63,486 nt of DNA from Candidatus Woesebacteria bacterium GW2011_GWA1_44_23 (GCA_001001045.1 LCIL01000004.1:1-63486), one strand, 5' to 3'; numbered from the stretch's first letter, positions 27,993-38,113 are shown. A program made the numbers and translations. The notes: generated by a model not told the origin, from the letters alone.

Positions 27993-30065
27993 ATGGATCC
28001 CCAATACGACCACACGAAATACGAGAGTGATATTTATAAAAAGTGGGAAGATTCCGGTGCCTTCTCTCCTAAAAATGTGGGGAGTAATCCGTTCACAATA
28101 ATAATGCCTCCACCAAACGCCAATGATCCGCTACATATAGGGCATGCCAGATTTGTTGCCATTGAAGATATCCTAATCCGCTATCACCGCATGAAGGGAG
28201 AGCCAGCCCTTTGGGTTCCGGGAAGCGATCATGCAGGTATTGAAACTCAGTACGTTTTTGAGAAAAAACTAAGGGAAAAAGGCAAAAGCCGTTTTGACTA
28301 CGATCGCAATACACTATATAAAATGATCTGGGATTACGTTCAGGAAAATACCGGATTAATGGAATCCCAGTTGAAAAAACTCGGAGCCTCCTGTGACTGG
28401 AGCAGATTTAAATACACCTTAGACCCAGAAATAGTAAAAATTGTATATAAGACTTTCAAAAAACTATATGATGACGGTCTAGCCTACCGCGGGGAACGGA
28501 TCGTTAATTATTGCCCCCGCTGTGGAACCGCTTATTCGCAGTTGGAAGTAGACTACGTTGAAAGAGATGATAACTTCTACTACCTGGACTACGGCAGTGT
28601 TACAATCGCCACGACGCGTCCGGAAACGATTTTCGCCGATGTTGCGGTTGCAGTTAATCCCAAGGACAAGAGATACCAAAATATTGTCGGAAAAACCGCA
28701 AAAATACCGCTTATTAACCGCGAGGTTCCGGTAATTGAGGATAATTTGGTAGATATAAGCCTTGGAACAGGGGCTTTGAAGATTACACCCGCGCATGACC
28801 CAACCGATTTTGAGATCGGTCTGTCACACCAGCTTCCGGTTATTTCTGTGGTTGATGAAAAAGGACGTATGACTGGAACCCCGGAAAAATACATTGGTAT
28901 GAAAGCGGAGGATGCAAGGGCGGAGGTTGTAAAAGATTTGGAGGCCGCGGGGAAAATCAAGAAAGTCGATGTGGTTCATCACACTGTAGGGACCTGTTAC
29001 AGAGATCACGGCGCCATCGAACCCGTGGTTTCCAAACAGTGGTATTTAAAAGTTGAACCTTTAACCAAAAGGGCTTTGGCGGCAATTAAAAATAAGCACG
29101 TTAGGTTTGCCGCAAAACGCTATGAGAAAATTGCGGTTAACTGGCTAAAAAACCTTAGGGACTGGAATATCAGCAGACAAATTGTTTGGGGAATAAGAAT
29201 CCCGGCTTGGCGATGCGAAAAATGTTTAGAATGGACAGTTACTGATGGTCCCGAACCATTCGAGTGCTCAAAATGCGGCGATAAATCTCTAACTCAAGAT
29301 TCGGACACTTTCGATACCTGGTTTTCTTCCGGCCAGTGGCCGTTTGTAACTTTGCAAACCGCAAAAGCCGGGGACTTTGAAAAATTTTACCCAACGTCTG
29401 TAATGGAAACAGCGTACGACATACTTCCGTTTTGGATAATAAGAATGATCATGCTTGGGCTTTATGTAACAGGAGAGGTTCCTTTCAAGGAAGTTGTAAT
29501 CCACGGACTTGTCAGAGACCGCGAGGGGCAAAAGATAAGTAAATCTAAAGGTAATGTGATTAATCCTATTGAAATGGCGGAAAAGTACGGGGCTGATTCC
29601 CTTAGAATGGGACTTATTTGGGGAGGACTTATTGAAAACGATATTACACTTGACGAGCAAAAAATTAATGGACAAAGAAAGTTTGCAAATAAAATTTGGA
29701 ACATCGCGCGCTTCACCTTACAGGAAAGCGGAAACGACAATAAAACTGGAGTCAAGAGTCTAAATACCGATGATCGGTGGATTTTGGATGAACTTAAAAA
29801 AACCGCAAAATTGGTTACCAAATATCTGAATAAATACCGTTTAAATGAAGCGGCTGAGGAAATTTACGATTTTGTCTGGCATAAGTTTGCTGATATCTAT
29901 ATCGAAAAAATTAAAGACAGACACCAGGCAGCTCAACCAACTCTTGAAAAGGTGTTGGACAAATCCTTAAGGCTTCTTCACCCTTTTATGCCGTTTGTTA
30001 CGGAACAAATCTGGAAAGAGACGGGTAATAAAGATCTTCTAATTAATGCCAAGTGGCCTACTTAA
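27993..30065 (+). CDS. valS: Valine-tRNA ligase (no C-terminal coiled coil)
   Basis: MPPPNANDPLHIGH, TTRPET, ITPAHD, DWNISRQIVWG, DTWFSS, KISKS. Confidence 0.96.
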   Translation: MDPQYDHTKYESDIYKKWEDSGAFSPKNVGSNPFTIIMPPPNANDPLHIGHARFVAIEDILIRYHRMKGEPALWVPGSDHAGIETQYVFEKKLREKGKSRFDYDRNTLYKMIWDYVQENTGLMESQLKKLGASCDWSRFKYTLDPEIVKIVYKTFKKLYDDGLAYRGERIVNYCPRCGTAYSQLEVDYVERDDNFYYLDYGSVTIATTRPETIFADVAVAVNPKDKRYQNIVGKTAKIPLINREVPVIEDNLVDISLGTGALKITPAHDPTDFEIGLSHQLPVISVVDEKGRMTGTPEKYIGMKAEDARAEVVKDLEAAGKIKKVDVVHHTVGTCYRDHGAIEPVVSKQWYLKVEPLTKRALAAIKNKHVRFAAKRYEKIAVNWLKNLRDWNISRQIVWGIRIPAWRCEKCLEWTVTDGPEPFECSKCGDKSLTQDSDTFDTWFSSGQWPFVTLQTAKAGDFEKFYPTSVMETAYDILPFWIIRMIMLGLYVTGEVPFKEVVIHGLVRDREGQKISKSKGNVINPIEMAEKYGADSLRMGLIWGGLIENDITLDEQKINGQRKFANKIWNIARFTLQESGNDNKTGVKSLNTDDRWILDELKKTAKLVTKYLNKYRLNEAAEEIYDFVWHKFADIYIEKIKDRHQAAQPTLEKVLDKSLRLLHPFMPFVTEQIWKETGNKDLLINAKWPT

Positions 30066-30562
30066 GGATTCACTGTCGGAGTACTCGACGGGCTAGCTGT
30101 TGGACTTCCCGACGGGGATATTGAAGGAACCGGTGTTCCAGATCCTGTTGCAAACGGCACCTCTGACGGGGAAGCGGTTGGAACAAAAGTCGGCGAGGTA
30201 GTAGCAACGGGGGCTGAGCTGGGTTGTGGAGAAAGTAATTTTGACCCAAAAACATACGCAACAACTGCCAAAACCGCTAGAACGGCCAAGACTATCGCGA
30301 TTACGAGCAAGGGTGAGCCCTTCTTTGGAGTTTCGTGTAAGGGAGAGCCCGGATCAACCGGTGTTACCGTAGGCGCCGGAGGTGGTGAAACCACGGGTGG
30401 AACTTCAGGAACTGGCGGGTTTGGTTGGACAGCTTGCTCCTCGGGCATGGCGGGTACGGGGGGTTGGACGGCGGCAGATTGCTGTGTAAGATCTTGAAGA
30501 TCCTGTTCAAGTTTCTTTACCGGATCATTACCCCCTTGCGGATTTTGATTATTTTGGTCCAT
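30062..30562 (-). CDS. Pro/Ser/Thr-rich single-pass membrane protein
   Basis: Low-complexity Pro-rich segments on both sides of one TM. Confidence 0.7.
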   Translation of the reverse strand: MDQNNQNPQGGNDPVKKLEQDLQDLTQQSAAVQPPVPAMPEEQAVQPNPPVPEVPPVVSPPPAPTVTPVDPGSPLHETPKKGSPLLVIAIVLAVLAVLAVVAYVFGSKLLSPQPSSAPVATTSPTFVPTASPSEVPFATGSGTPVPSISPSGSPTASPSSTPTVNP

Positions 30563-30577
30563 ACTCTAGAGTAGCAC

Positions 30578-30838
30578 ATGTTTACCAAAAGGGTCAATAA
30601 AGTCATCCGTCAATTGCTTGTTTTTATCGCAGCACTTTTTGTACTACTTCTGTCCGCGGCAAACATAGAAAGTTACCAGTCTCCGAAAAAAGTTTTAGGA
30701 GCCGAATCTCAAGTTAACTCGAATGATAAATTTTGGGAGGAATTTTTGGAAAAAAATCCTGATTACATTCCAGGTTGGATAGAAGTAGGTAGAATCGATA
30801 AAGTTAACGAAATTGACCCCAATTACTTTACCCCTTAG
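30578..30838 (+). CDS. Small membrane-anchored hypothetical protein
   Basis: N-terminal TM; start 15 bp from the divergent neighbour. Confidence 0.6.
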   Translation: MFTKRVNKVIRQLLVFIAALFVLLLSAANIESYQSPKKVLGAESQVNSNDKFWEEFLEKNPDYIPGWIEVGRIDKVNEIDPNYFTP

Positions 30839-31535
30839 ATTCCTCTTTCTGTCCAGGAGCATTCTCTGTGGGTTGCCCTTCCTTTTGTCCTTCGGCGGGT
30901 TCAGGTCCCTCGGCCGGTGTCTCTCCCTCAGCAGGTATTTCACCTTCAGCGGGAACAGGAGGCGCTATGACTTCTTCCTTTTGAGGAGGCTCAACTTTAA
31001 CAACAATTTCGGTAGGATCGGACTTTATGTCCACCTTGCTTCTGTCAACTTTCAAGTCTTTCACCAAAATCGACTGGTCAACCTCTGCTAATTCGGACGT
31101 GTCAACAATAAATTTTTCCGGTAAGTCCATGGGAAGGGCTTCAACTTTAATTTCATTAAGATATTGAACCACTGTACCTATAGCTTGTTTTTCAGCCGGG
31201 GCCTCCCCTGTCAATTCCACAGGCACATCCGCCTCAACTTTCTCTTTAAGATCGACCTGTAAGAAATCTACATGAACAGGGGCGTCGCTGACCGGGTTTA
31301 CCTGGAGGTTGTGAATTAAAACCGGCTTTTCTTCCTTGCCAATCATTAAAGTGACTAAACCCGTCTCCCCGGCTTCTTTATATACCTTGTCGAAATCTTT
31401 AAGAGCCACCTGGACGGCTTTGGATTTGATTTTCTTACCGGAAATATTTCCAGGCAAAACACCTTCCTTGCGAAGGTTTTTCACTTTTCTACCGGAAACG
31501 CTTCTGGCGTCTGCCTTTAATGTAAGTTTGTCCAT
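30828..31535 (-). CDS. rplY: 50S ribosomal protein L25/Ctc
   Basis: LRKEGVLPG, VLIHNLQVNP...HVDF, VEALPMDLPE, acidic tail. Confidence 0.93.
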   Translation of the reverse strand: MDKLTLKADARSVSGRKVKNLRKEGVLPGNISGKKIKSKAVQVALKDFDKVYKEAGETGLVTLMIGKEEKPVLIHNLQVNPVSDAPVHVDFLQVDLKEKVEADVPVELTGEAPAEKQAIGTVVQYLNEIKVEALPMDLPEKFIVDTSELAEVDQSILVKDLKVDRSKVDIKSDPTEIVVKVEPPQKEEVIAPPVPAEGEIPAEGETPAEGPEPAEGQKEGQPTENAPGQKEESKG

Positions 31536-31536
31536 A

Positions 31537-33378
31537 TTACCGCGAGAGGCGAAAGAATAAATCTTGCACCAAGGTTGTATTATAACTGTAACCGCCCTGC
31601 CGGGTCAAGGTAAGTCTTGGGTCGGGGTTGGTCTGTAATCCCATCCCTTCAATGTTTACGTTAATTGGATCTGCATCCGTACCCGCCTGCTTCCTTATAT
31701 AGAGCCCGTAGTTCATAAAGGGTAATGTTTCACCTGTTCCCGAGGTCCACGAGAATTCTATATCTTTTGTGTTGCCGGCTAAAATTTCCACCAGCACTCC
31801 AATTTCTTTGTGTCCTTTTGCTTCCGTCGGCTCGGGTGTTAACCTCTCTCGTGTATTGCCGTTGTAACTTATGACGGATGTAAATGTAGAGTCGGAGGGA
31901 ATCAAAATTCTTAAATAGTTTTTATATCTACTCGAGGGTCCGAGCGCGGGGTTTGCCGTATTTTTAATAGTCAGTGTTAATTTATGGTTAATTTTATTGT
32001 CGCTGACAGTCGCGTCAAAACTTATGTTTCTCTGGATAAAATAGTTTACCTTGTTCATTCCGACATTGGCTTCGACCAGACCGACCATATCCGCGTAACA
32101 GTCGGCGCCGCAGGTGGGAGTGGCCACTGCCCCGTCCCATCCCAACGAAGAAAAGGCTTCTTGTTGCGTGTTGTCGTGTAAATATATTTGAATATGCCGT
32201 CCGTTAAGACCGTTATAGGAGGCGTTCAATACCCCAAGCTTCTGATCCGGTTTTAATTTGGTTACTTCACCTAAAAGGTTACGGGAAAGGGCTGTTAGGA
32301 AACTCGCTTTTTTGTGGGTACCAGGAAAAAAATTATTCTCTACTTCACTTTGTGTTTTCTCATACAAATTATCCGCAGTAATGTCCATATTATAGTCTGA
32401 CAAAAATATCGGTCCTGTACTTTTAAGGGTTTCCTTAATCGGAAAAAGATCTATGGCCACTACACCGTCGACGCGTTTACTTAACTCCTTGTCCAAAAAC
32501 CATTCGGCCCTTTTTGCCGAGGTCGGGAAATCGGGGTCCCAGTTGGAATCTCTCAACCACCAGTTTGCCTCACCTAAATAGTTTTTAATCGGTAGCGGCG
32601 GTTCTACGTGGCCATTTAGCTGCCCGTCTGCGGAATACACATCATTAACGGTTAGATCTGTAAGCCTTCCTTTTTCAAAAGTAACCAAACCGAAAGATCC
32701 GATAAATCCTCCCGTAGGCCTTAGTTCCATGTTGTTTTCGAAAAGAAGTAAATAGGTTTTACTGGTGTCCTGACCCAACATCTCCGGCAAAGTGCCAGCA
32801 ATTATCCTGCCATTTGAAACGAGTGTGATGAGCCTCTCAAAGTCAATTTTACTTAGAAGTTTTTTTGCTAAAATGATGTTTTTTTCTGAAGCTACACTCG
32901 TCATTGTTTTTGTTGTTACAATGTCGTTATAAAGAATCGCTATCCCGGATTCAATTTTTTGTGAACCGGCTACCGCGTCGTAAACTTTATTCCCCAACAC
33001 ACTTTCAATCATCTGTGTCATGTCCCTTACAAACGGCACAAGATGTATTCCGATAGAATTAGATTCCCGGATAATGCCAGCCCCAAACTCGGCTTCCCTA
33101 TAGATTCGTCCCACCCCGGGTATATAACCTAACACCACACTCTCCTTTTCTGATACTACGGCAATGGCACGAGACGCCAAAAAAGAGTTTCTGGCTAAAT
33201 TGTCTTTGCCGGAAATAAAACTTTTGTAAGCCATGAAGGATATCAGTAGACTCATAAATAAAGTAAGAAAAGGAAACGCGAATAGGAAAAAGAGACCCCA
33301 AATGACAGTCTTATATTTTTTGGGTGTTCCACCCCACTTTTTGTCGGGTGTCGTGTCGATTAACTGCTCTTTAACCAA
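31537..33378 (-). CDS. DUF4012-domain membrane protein
   Basis: YLLLFENNMELRPTGGFIGS, RDSNWDPDFPTSA, VDGVVAID, NVGMNKVN. Confidence 0.85.
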   Translation of the reverse strand: MVKEQLIDTTPDKKWGGTPKKYKTVIWGLFFLFAFPFLTLFMSLLISFMAYKSFISGKDNLARNSFLASRAIAVVSEKESVVLGYIPGVGRIYREAEFGAGIIRESNSIGIHLVPFVRDMTQMIESVLGNKVYDAVAGSQKIESGIAILYNDIVTTKTMTSVASEKNIILAKKLLSKIDFERLITLVSNGRIIAGTLPEMLGQDTSKTYLLLFENNMELRPTGGFIGSFGLVTFEKGRLTDLTVNDVYSADGQLNGHVEPPLPIKNYLGEANWWLRDSNWDPDFPTSAKRAEWFLDKELSKRVDGVVAIDLFPIKETLKSTGPIFLSDYNMDITADNLYEKTQSEVENNFFPGTHKKASFLTALSRNLLGEVTKLKPDQKLGVLNASYNGLNGRHIQIYLHDNTQQEAFSSLGWDGAVATPTCGADCYADMVGLVEANVGMNKVNYFIQRNISFDATVSDNKINHKLTLTIKNTANPALGPSSRYKNYLRILIPSDSTFTSVISYNGNTRERLTPEPTEAKGHKEIGVLVEILAGNTKDIEFSWTSGTGETLPFMNYGLYIRKQAGTDADPINVNIEGMGLQTNPDPRLTLTRQGGYSYNTTLVQDLFFRLSR

Positions 33379-34133
33379 TTATAAGTTTCATTTAGAGAAT
33401 AGTTTAAGTTACTGTTTATGATTTCCGTTTCAGTATTTTTAGGTGCAGGTCTTATGGGTAATTTTAAATCATATTTAAGTTCCAGGTTTTCAAAATATTT
33501 TTTGTTGGCTACCCAAAAAGTATCTCCGGATGTCTGGTTGCCTGAAAGTAGTGTGACCTTGCCGTAAGGTCCGAAGGAGAATAACCACCTTACGACAACC
33601 CTAACCGCGTCCGCCACAAAGATTGGAGACAACACCTCTCCGACTGCCAATGTAATTTTTCTTTTCCAGAGAATTTCCGACAACAACCGTGGCATCAGTA
33701 AATCACTTTCAAGATTGATTCTCGGGCCCAGCATATCCCCGACGAATAACAGCGCGGTGTTGTTTGAAAGGTTTATTTTATCAACCTGATTCCTGTCGAA
33801 AGCTTCCGAAGGGAAAAGCAATAAGATTTTCGCTTTGTCGAAATTAATCAGTGAAGTAAAATCAAAGTAATCATCATACGCACTACTTAAATTTAAAAAG
33901 CCGCCACAAAAAACAGCATAGTTGTATTGACCAGTAACTCTTAGGTTTCTTCTGTCGACAATGCTAAATTTATTGTTAACTGACAAATGCGATGTTTTAT
34001 TTTTCCAATCTTTTACGTCGTTCGTTACGATATTAACAACACAATTTTTAGACAGCAGATTTTCAAAAATATTGATGGCAAAAAAGTTTGCATCGGAATA
34101 TAAAAGTATCGAGGGTTTGAGCTGAGGGTTCAT
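33360..34133 (-). CDS. Degenerate NAD-dependent epimerase (SDR)-like protein
   Basis: GDMLGPRI, PIFVADAV, LNYSLNETYNW resemble extended-SDR elements; no GxxGxxG. Confidence 0.5.
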   Translation of the reverse strand: MNPQLKPSILLYSDANFFAINIFENLLSKNCVVNIVTNDVKDWKNKTSHLSVNNKFSIVDRRNLRVTGQYNYAVFCGGFLNLSSAYDDYFDFTSLINFDKAKILLLFPSEAFDRNQVDKINLSNNTALLFVGDMLGPRINLESDLLMPRLLSEILWKRKITLAVGEVLSPIFVADAVRVVVRWLFSFGPYGKVTLLSGNQTSGDTFWVANKKYFENLELKYDLKLPIRPAPKNTETEIINSNLNYSLNETYNWLKSS

Positions 34134-34303
34134 GTCGTTCGTGTTATTCCCGCAAATATCATTTTTTAAATAAATTAAAAAATCGCGTTAATAAATGTTT
34201 TCAAGTTGTCTTTAAAAAAATTTTTATATGGCGTGTATGGATAACGTGAAATTTTCATACAAAACTATCACGGACAAATTTCTAATTTTTTTGCCAAATT
34301 ATT

Positions 34304-34735
34304 TTATTTGGCAAGGCTTTGCTTATCCAACTCTTTGTTAACCAAAAAGTCTGCCATTATATTATCTGTTCGGGGAATACTTCTATAGTTAATCTTTAAA
34401 TTTATTTTTCTTGACAACGTAGCTATCTGAAAAAAAAGTTCTATAAGTTTTTTATTTTTTAATTTATATACTCCGTTAAGCTGTCTGACAACCAACTCAG
34501 AGTCCAAGTAAAAAATAGCATTGCTAAGTGAAAGGGCTTTGTAACTATCAACAAGCCATTTAAGTGCAAGGATAACTCCCTGATATTCCGCATTGTTGTT
34601 TGTTGAGTTCCCCAAAAAAGATGAGTCCTGTTTTATTATTTTTCCCCCGACTTCGGCGATGAAAGCGCATGCCGCCGGACCGGGATTACCCCTCGCTCCT
34701 CCATCGGTGTGAATAATAACTGTTTCCTCATTCAT
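34304..34735 (-). CDS. rnhA: Ribonuclease HI
   Basis: HTDGGARGNPGPAA, TNNNAEY, YLDSELVVRQLNGVYK, N..AD.LVN. Start ATG 34735. Confidence 0.93.
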   Translation of the reverse strand: MNEETVIIHTDGGARGNPGPAACAFIAEVGGKIIKQDSSFLGNSTNNNAEYQGVILALKWLVDSYKALSLSNAIFYLDSELVVRQLNGVYKLKNKKLIELFFQIATLSRKINLKINYRSIPRTDNIMADFLVNKELDKQSLAK

Positions 34736-34755
34736 GCAAACAGTGTAACACAAAA

Positions 34756-36012
34756 TCAGCCTTCAGCTCTAAAGGAATTGGCCAAAATAAACACAGAAAA
34801 AAACATGTTTTGCTGAAGTGTAAGCCAGTAATGATCAAAAAGTCCCGACGTCAAAATAAATATCAAGGATAAATAAAAAGGGGCACCTTTTAATCCGGTT
34901 GCCTTCTTGCTTAATTTAATCAACACAAGATAAAAAAAGGATAGCCCAATTATTCCGGTTTCGCTAAAAAGAAGAAGGGAAACATTATGAACCGGTTGCA
35001 GGGTCCATAAATAATTTCCAAAATGTTTAATTCTCGGTTCGTTTATTACAAAAGTGTTAAGACCCTCCCCCAATAAAAATTTGTCCGAAATCATTTTCCC
35101 TGCAACAGAGGATAAATCAAAACGCTGACTGACGCTTTGAGGAAGATCGGGTATGGTATTCAAAACAAAATTGGATACGAGGGGCTGAGCCAGACTTATC
35201 AATGTAAATATCGTAAGAAACAATACCAGACTTTTTGTGTTGAAAGTCTTTTTACGTAAAAGGATAAACAATATTCCACAAAATACAATTCCGACAAACG
35301 CTGACAAAGAGAAGGTCAAAACGAAAGCAAGGCAAATAATCAATATTCCCCAAATCCTTCTTGCCAGTTCTTTTTTAGAATATGTAAAAAGTAAAGTCAA
35401 AAGCCCCAAGCCCAAATAGCCGGCAAAAGAATTCGGGTGAGAGAATGTCGAATATGCTCTCATAAAATTTCTATCCAATATTTGTGTAAGGGCAATACCT
35501 GGCGTCGAGATACGGAAACTGCGCTCCCCTAATAAATATAAAGGGCCTCCAAGAGTTTTGCCCAAAACAAATTGGGATATCCCAATTACCGAAAAGAAAA
35601 TCAGGGAGTAAAAAATCGTTGCATATAATGTTCTGGAGTTAAAAATATCGCCTCTTGCCCTAACATAAAAATAGAAAAGGCCCAACTCTGTAAATTTTAT
35701 CCATTTATAAATTGACGGGCCAAATGATGTGGAAAAGGCAGTGTTGAGTATAACTATAAAAAGAAATAAAAATAGAAAAACTTTGTTTTTCTTTATGAAC
35801 CCAAAAAGTTTGTCGTTATGATATTTTATCCAGAAAACAAAAACCGTCAAAAACAAAACATCTGTTAAATAAATGCTTGGAGCCAAGTAGTCAACCCTTA
35901 CGCCAAACACAAAAGCTGTGGGTGGCCAAAAATGCAGAGCCAGCTGTGTCGGAAGCAAAAAAATAAGTGCGTAGTTAAGAAACTTTTCTAGCCGGGCCCA
36001 GCGAGGAATCAC
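34756..36012 (-). CDS. O-antigen ligase / O-oligosaccharyltransferase (Wzy_C) family membrane protein
   Basis: About 12 TM; RAYSTFSHPNSFAGY, TFSLSA, GEGLNTF, QPVHNVSLL, DHYW. Confidence 0.82.
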   Translation of the reverse strand: MIPRWARLEKFLNYALIFLLPTQLALHFWPPTAFVFGVRVDYLAPSIYLTDVLFLTVFVFWIKYHNDKLFGFIKKNKVFLFLFLFIVILNTAFSTSFGPSIYKWIKFTELGLFYFYVRARGDIFNSRTLYATIFYSLIFFSVIGISQFVLGKTLGGPLYLLGERSFRISTPGIALTQILDRNFMRAYSTFSHPNSFAGYLGLGLLTLLFTYSKKELARRIWGILIICLAFVLTFSLSAFVGIVFCGILFILLRKKTFNTKSLVLFLTIFTLISLAQPLVSNFVLNTIPDLPQSVSQRFDLSSVAGKMISDKFLLGEGLNTFVINEPRIKHFGNYLWTLQPVHNVSLLLFSETGIIGLSFFYLVLIKLSKKATGLKGAPFYLSLIFILTSGLFDHYWLTLQQNMFFSVFILANSFRAEG

Positions 36013-36470
36013 TTTTTTGACTTAATTACTAAATAACGTTCTTCTCCTTCTCCTTCGGATTCCGTGGTAACACTTTTGTCCTCAGACAGCGCAAGGTGGA
36101 TAACCCTTCTTTGCCATGCCTTTAAATTATAAAGGTTCTGCGGTTCTCCGGTTTCTTTTGCCCTCTGGGCGGTGGAAGCGGCCAAATCCTTAAGGTATCC
36201 TTCCTCTTTCTCCCTATAATCACCTACGTTGACTAAAAGTCTGTTCCACTCCCCCGTCTTTTGCTTCAATAGAAATCCTAAAATCGTCTGGATCCCTAAA
36301 AGGGTTTCGCCTTTTTTACCGATTAAAAGTCCTGTTTCGTCGCCCGCATCTATATTAACGACAAAGGCTTCGTTGTCTTTATCGTAGGACGCCTCCGCTT
36401 TAGCTTTTGTTGCCATCAAAGACAAAAGTTCGTCTACCAACTCTTGTAATATTTTCACTTTATTTTGCAT
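36009..36470 (-). CDS. jag: Jag/KhpB RNA-binding protein (KH+R3H, no Jag_N)
   Basis: GLLIGKKGETL...Q, VNVGDYRE, RRVIH. Confidence 0.88.
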   Translation of the reverse strand: MQNKVKILQELVDELLSLMATKAKAEASYDKDNEAFVVNIDAGDETGLLIGKKGETLLGIQTILGFLLKQKTGEWNRLLVNVGDYREKEEGYLKDLAASTAQRAKETGEPQNLYNLKAWQRRVIHLALSEDKSVTTESEGEGEERYLVIKSKK

Positions 36471-36471
36471 G

Positions 36472-37293
36472 TTATTTTTTTGCGAATTTCGATTTTATCA
36501 AATTAACTGTCGGGGTCAAACTTCCCCAACCCGACATTCCTACTTGTTGCCAAACATTAACTATTGAAAAAACCAGCCAATAGAGGGCCAGTCCCGATGG
36601 AAATTTTAAACCAAAAACGAGAGTCATTAGGGGTAGCATATAAGTCATGGAACTCTGCATTGCCACCTGCATGTCATCGGATTGAGATTTAGATTTTTTA
36701 GCAATTTTTTGCTCAGCTGAAAGATAGGGCGCCGTAATCTTAACGGACAGAAATTGCGCCACCGTAGCCAAAATTAAAAACAATCCCGGTAGCCCAAAGG
36801 GGATGCCCGGTATCGTAAATGTGTCCGGTTTGCTGATATCCAGGTACAAGAACTTGGTGTTTATGGTTTCGCCGGCGGTAAATTTTATCGGTGCGTAGAG
36901 AAGCTCGTTTAACTTTCCGGATGTGATATCTTGACCTGAAAGCGCAGCCGTAAAAACCTGAAACATTGCTATTAATACTACAAATTGCAGAATGTACGGT
37001 AAGCAACCCGCCGTAGGATTAATTTTATTCTGTTTATAAAGTTCTGCTTGGGCTTGGGACATTTTAAGTTTGTCGCTGCCGAATTTTTTCCTTAACTTTG
37101 CCAGCTGCGGTTCCATTTCCTTAATCCTTTTCATTGAATTCATGTAAGGCTTTGTAAGGGGTCTGAGGAGGAAAATAAGGACCAGGCTAAAAACCAAAAT
37201 TGCAACGCCCAAGTTGTTTCCTAAAATTCTATAAAAAATAATTAAACCGTTGGTTAGCGGTTGAACGAGCAATGTTGTAAATATGTTTCCCAT
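36472..37293 (-). CDS. yidC: Membrane protein insertase YidC
   Basis: LRPLT, MKRIKEMEPQL, INPTAGCLP, FPSGLALYW. Confidence 0.95.
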   Translation of the reverse strand: MGNIFTTLLVQPLTNGLIIFYRILGNNLGVAILVFSLVLIFLLRPLTKPYMNSMKRIKEMEPQLAKLRKKFGSDKLKMSQAQAELYKQNKINPTAGCLPYILQFVVLIAMFQVFTAALSGQDITSGKLNELLYAPIKFTAGETINTKFLYLDISKPDTFTIPGIPFGLPGLFLILATVAQFLSVKITAPYLSAEQKIAKKSKSQSDDMQVAMQSSMTYMLPLMTLVFGLKFPSGLALYWLVFSIVNVWQQVGMSGWGSLTPTVNLIKSKFAKK

Positions 37294-37309
37294 CTAATCT
37301 TCTAATTTG

Positions 37310-37534
37310 TTAATTTGGTACAGGATCCCAACCGGATCCGCCCCAAGGATGACACTTTGCAAGTCTTTTAACCCCTAGTGTGAGACCTTTTCTGGCTCCA
37401 AATCTTTCCAAGGCTACAATTGTATACTCAGAACACGTCGGTGTAAATCTGCAGGCCTTACCAAGTGTTTTTTCAAGAGCCGACGAGACAAATTTCTTAT
37501 AAAAACGAAGAAACCATAAAATAATATTTTTCAT
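37310..37534 (-). CDS. yidD: Membrane insertion efficiency factor YidD
   Basis: CRFTPTCSEY...RLAKCHPW...GWDPVP. Confidence 0.95.
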   Translation of the reverse strand: MKNIILWFLRFYKKFVSSALEKTLGKACRFTPTCSEYTIVALERFGARKGLTLGVKRLAKCHPWGGSGWDPVPN

Positions 37535-37875
37535 TTCGATAAACCGGTTGCCTTTAAGGAAAGTCGGACCTCTTTCATAATCTCAGCCGTGGAAACTCTT
37601 ACTATCGACGTTTTGGCCAAAAACACTGCGTCAAAACCACTTACCAAATCTATGCTTGCGATTCTTACCGCCTCGCTCATTGCCCTTTTGAACCTGTTTC
37701 TGTCTACTGCATCTTTTGCAATTTTAGTGGAAACTATAAAACCAAAACGGCTTGGATTTTCATCTCCTCTTTTAATGTATGCTAATCCAAAGTTGGCAGA
37801 CTGATAAATTTTCCCTTCTTTTTGAATTCTTGCAAAGTCTTTAGCTCCTTTAAGTCTGAATTTTTTGGCAAGCAT
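37531..37875 (-). CDS. rnpA: RNase P protein
   Basis: RLKGAKDF, RFGFIVSTKI...AVDRNRFKR. Confidence 0.95.
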   Translation of the reverse strand: MLAKKFRLKGAKDFARIQKEGKIYQSANFGLAYIKRGDENPSRFGFIVSTKIAKDAVDRNRFKRAMSEAVRIASIDLVSGFDAVFLAKTSIVRVSTAEIMKEVRLSLKATGLSK

Positions 37876-37883
37876 TTTGGAGA

Positions 37884-38027
37884 TTACGAAACTGCCAGCT
37901 GTTTCCTTCCTTTAAGTCTTCTTTTTTTGAGAACCAATCTGCCTTTTAATGATTTCATCCTAACTCTAAAGCCATGGGCCCTAATCCTTTTCTTCTTGCT
38001 TGGTTGATAGGTTCTTTTCGTCGACAT
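37884..38027 (-). CDS. rpmH: 50S ribosomal protein L34
   Basis: Below ORF-track cutoff; hand translation [47 protein letters not shown]. Confidence 0.96.
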   Translation of the reverse strand: MSTKRTYQPSKKKRIRAHGFRVRMKSLKGRLVLKKRRLKGRKQLAVS

Positions 38028-38083
38028 GTGCCCATTATACCAAGTAAACATTAAACTAATCAACCGTTTTTCTTAAATGCCCC

Positions 38084-38113
38084 TTGACGAATTGTGGATA
38101 ACTCAGTAAAAGT
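38084..38113 (+). promoter_or_regulatory. Putative dnaA promoter with a perfect DnaA box in the spacer
   Basis: TTGACG at 38084, TGTGGATAA at 38093-38101, TAAAAG 17 nt after the -35; consistent with autoregulation. Confidence 0.55.

Noticed and set aside
27993-30065. Short ValRS (KISKS, no coiled-coil tail) and short MetRS as lesions
   Set aside because: Catalytic motifs are intact; compact synthetases are expected in reduced genomes.
34134-34303. AT-rich intergenic region as a second origin
   Set aside because: Only one near-consensus DnaA box (TATGGATAA) and no trios; more likely a promoter region.
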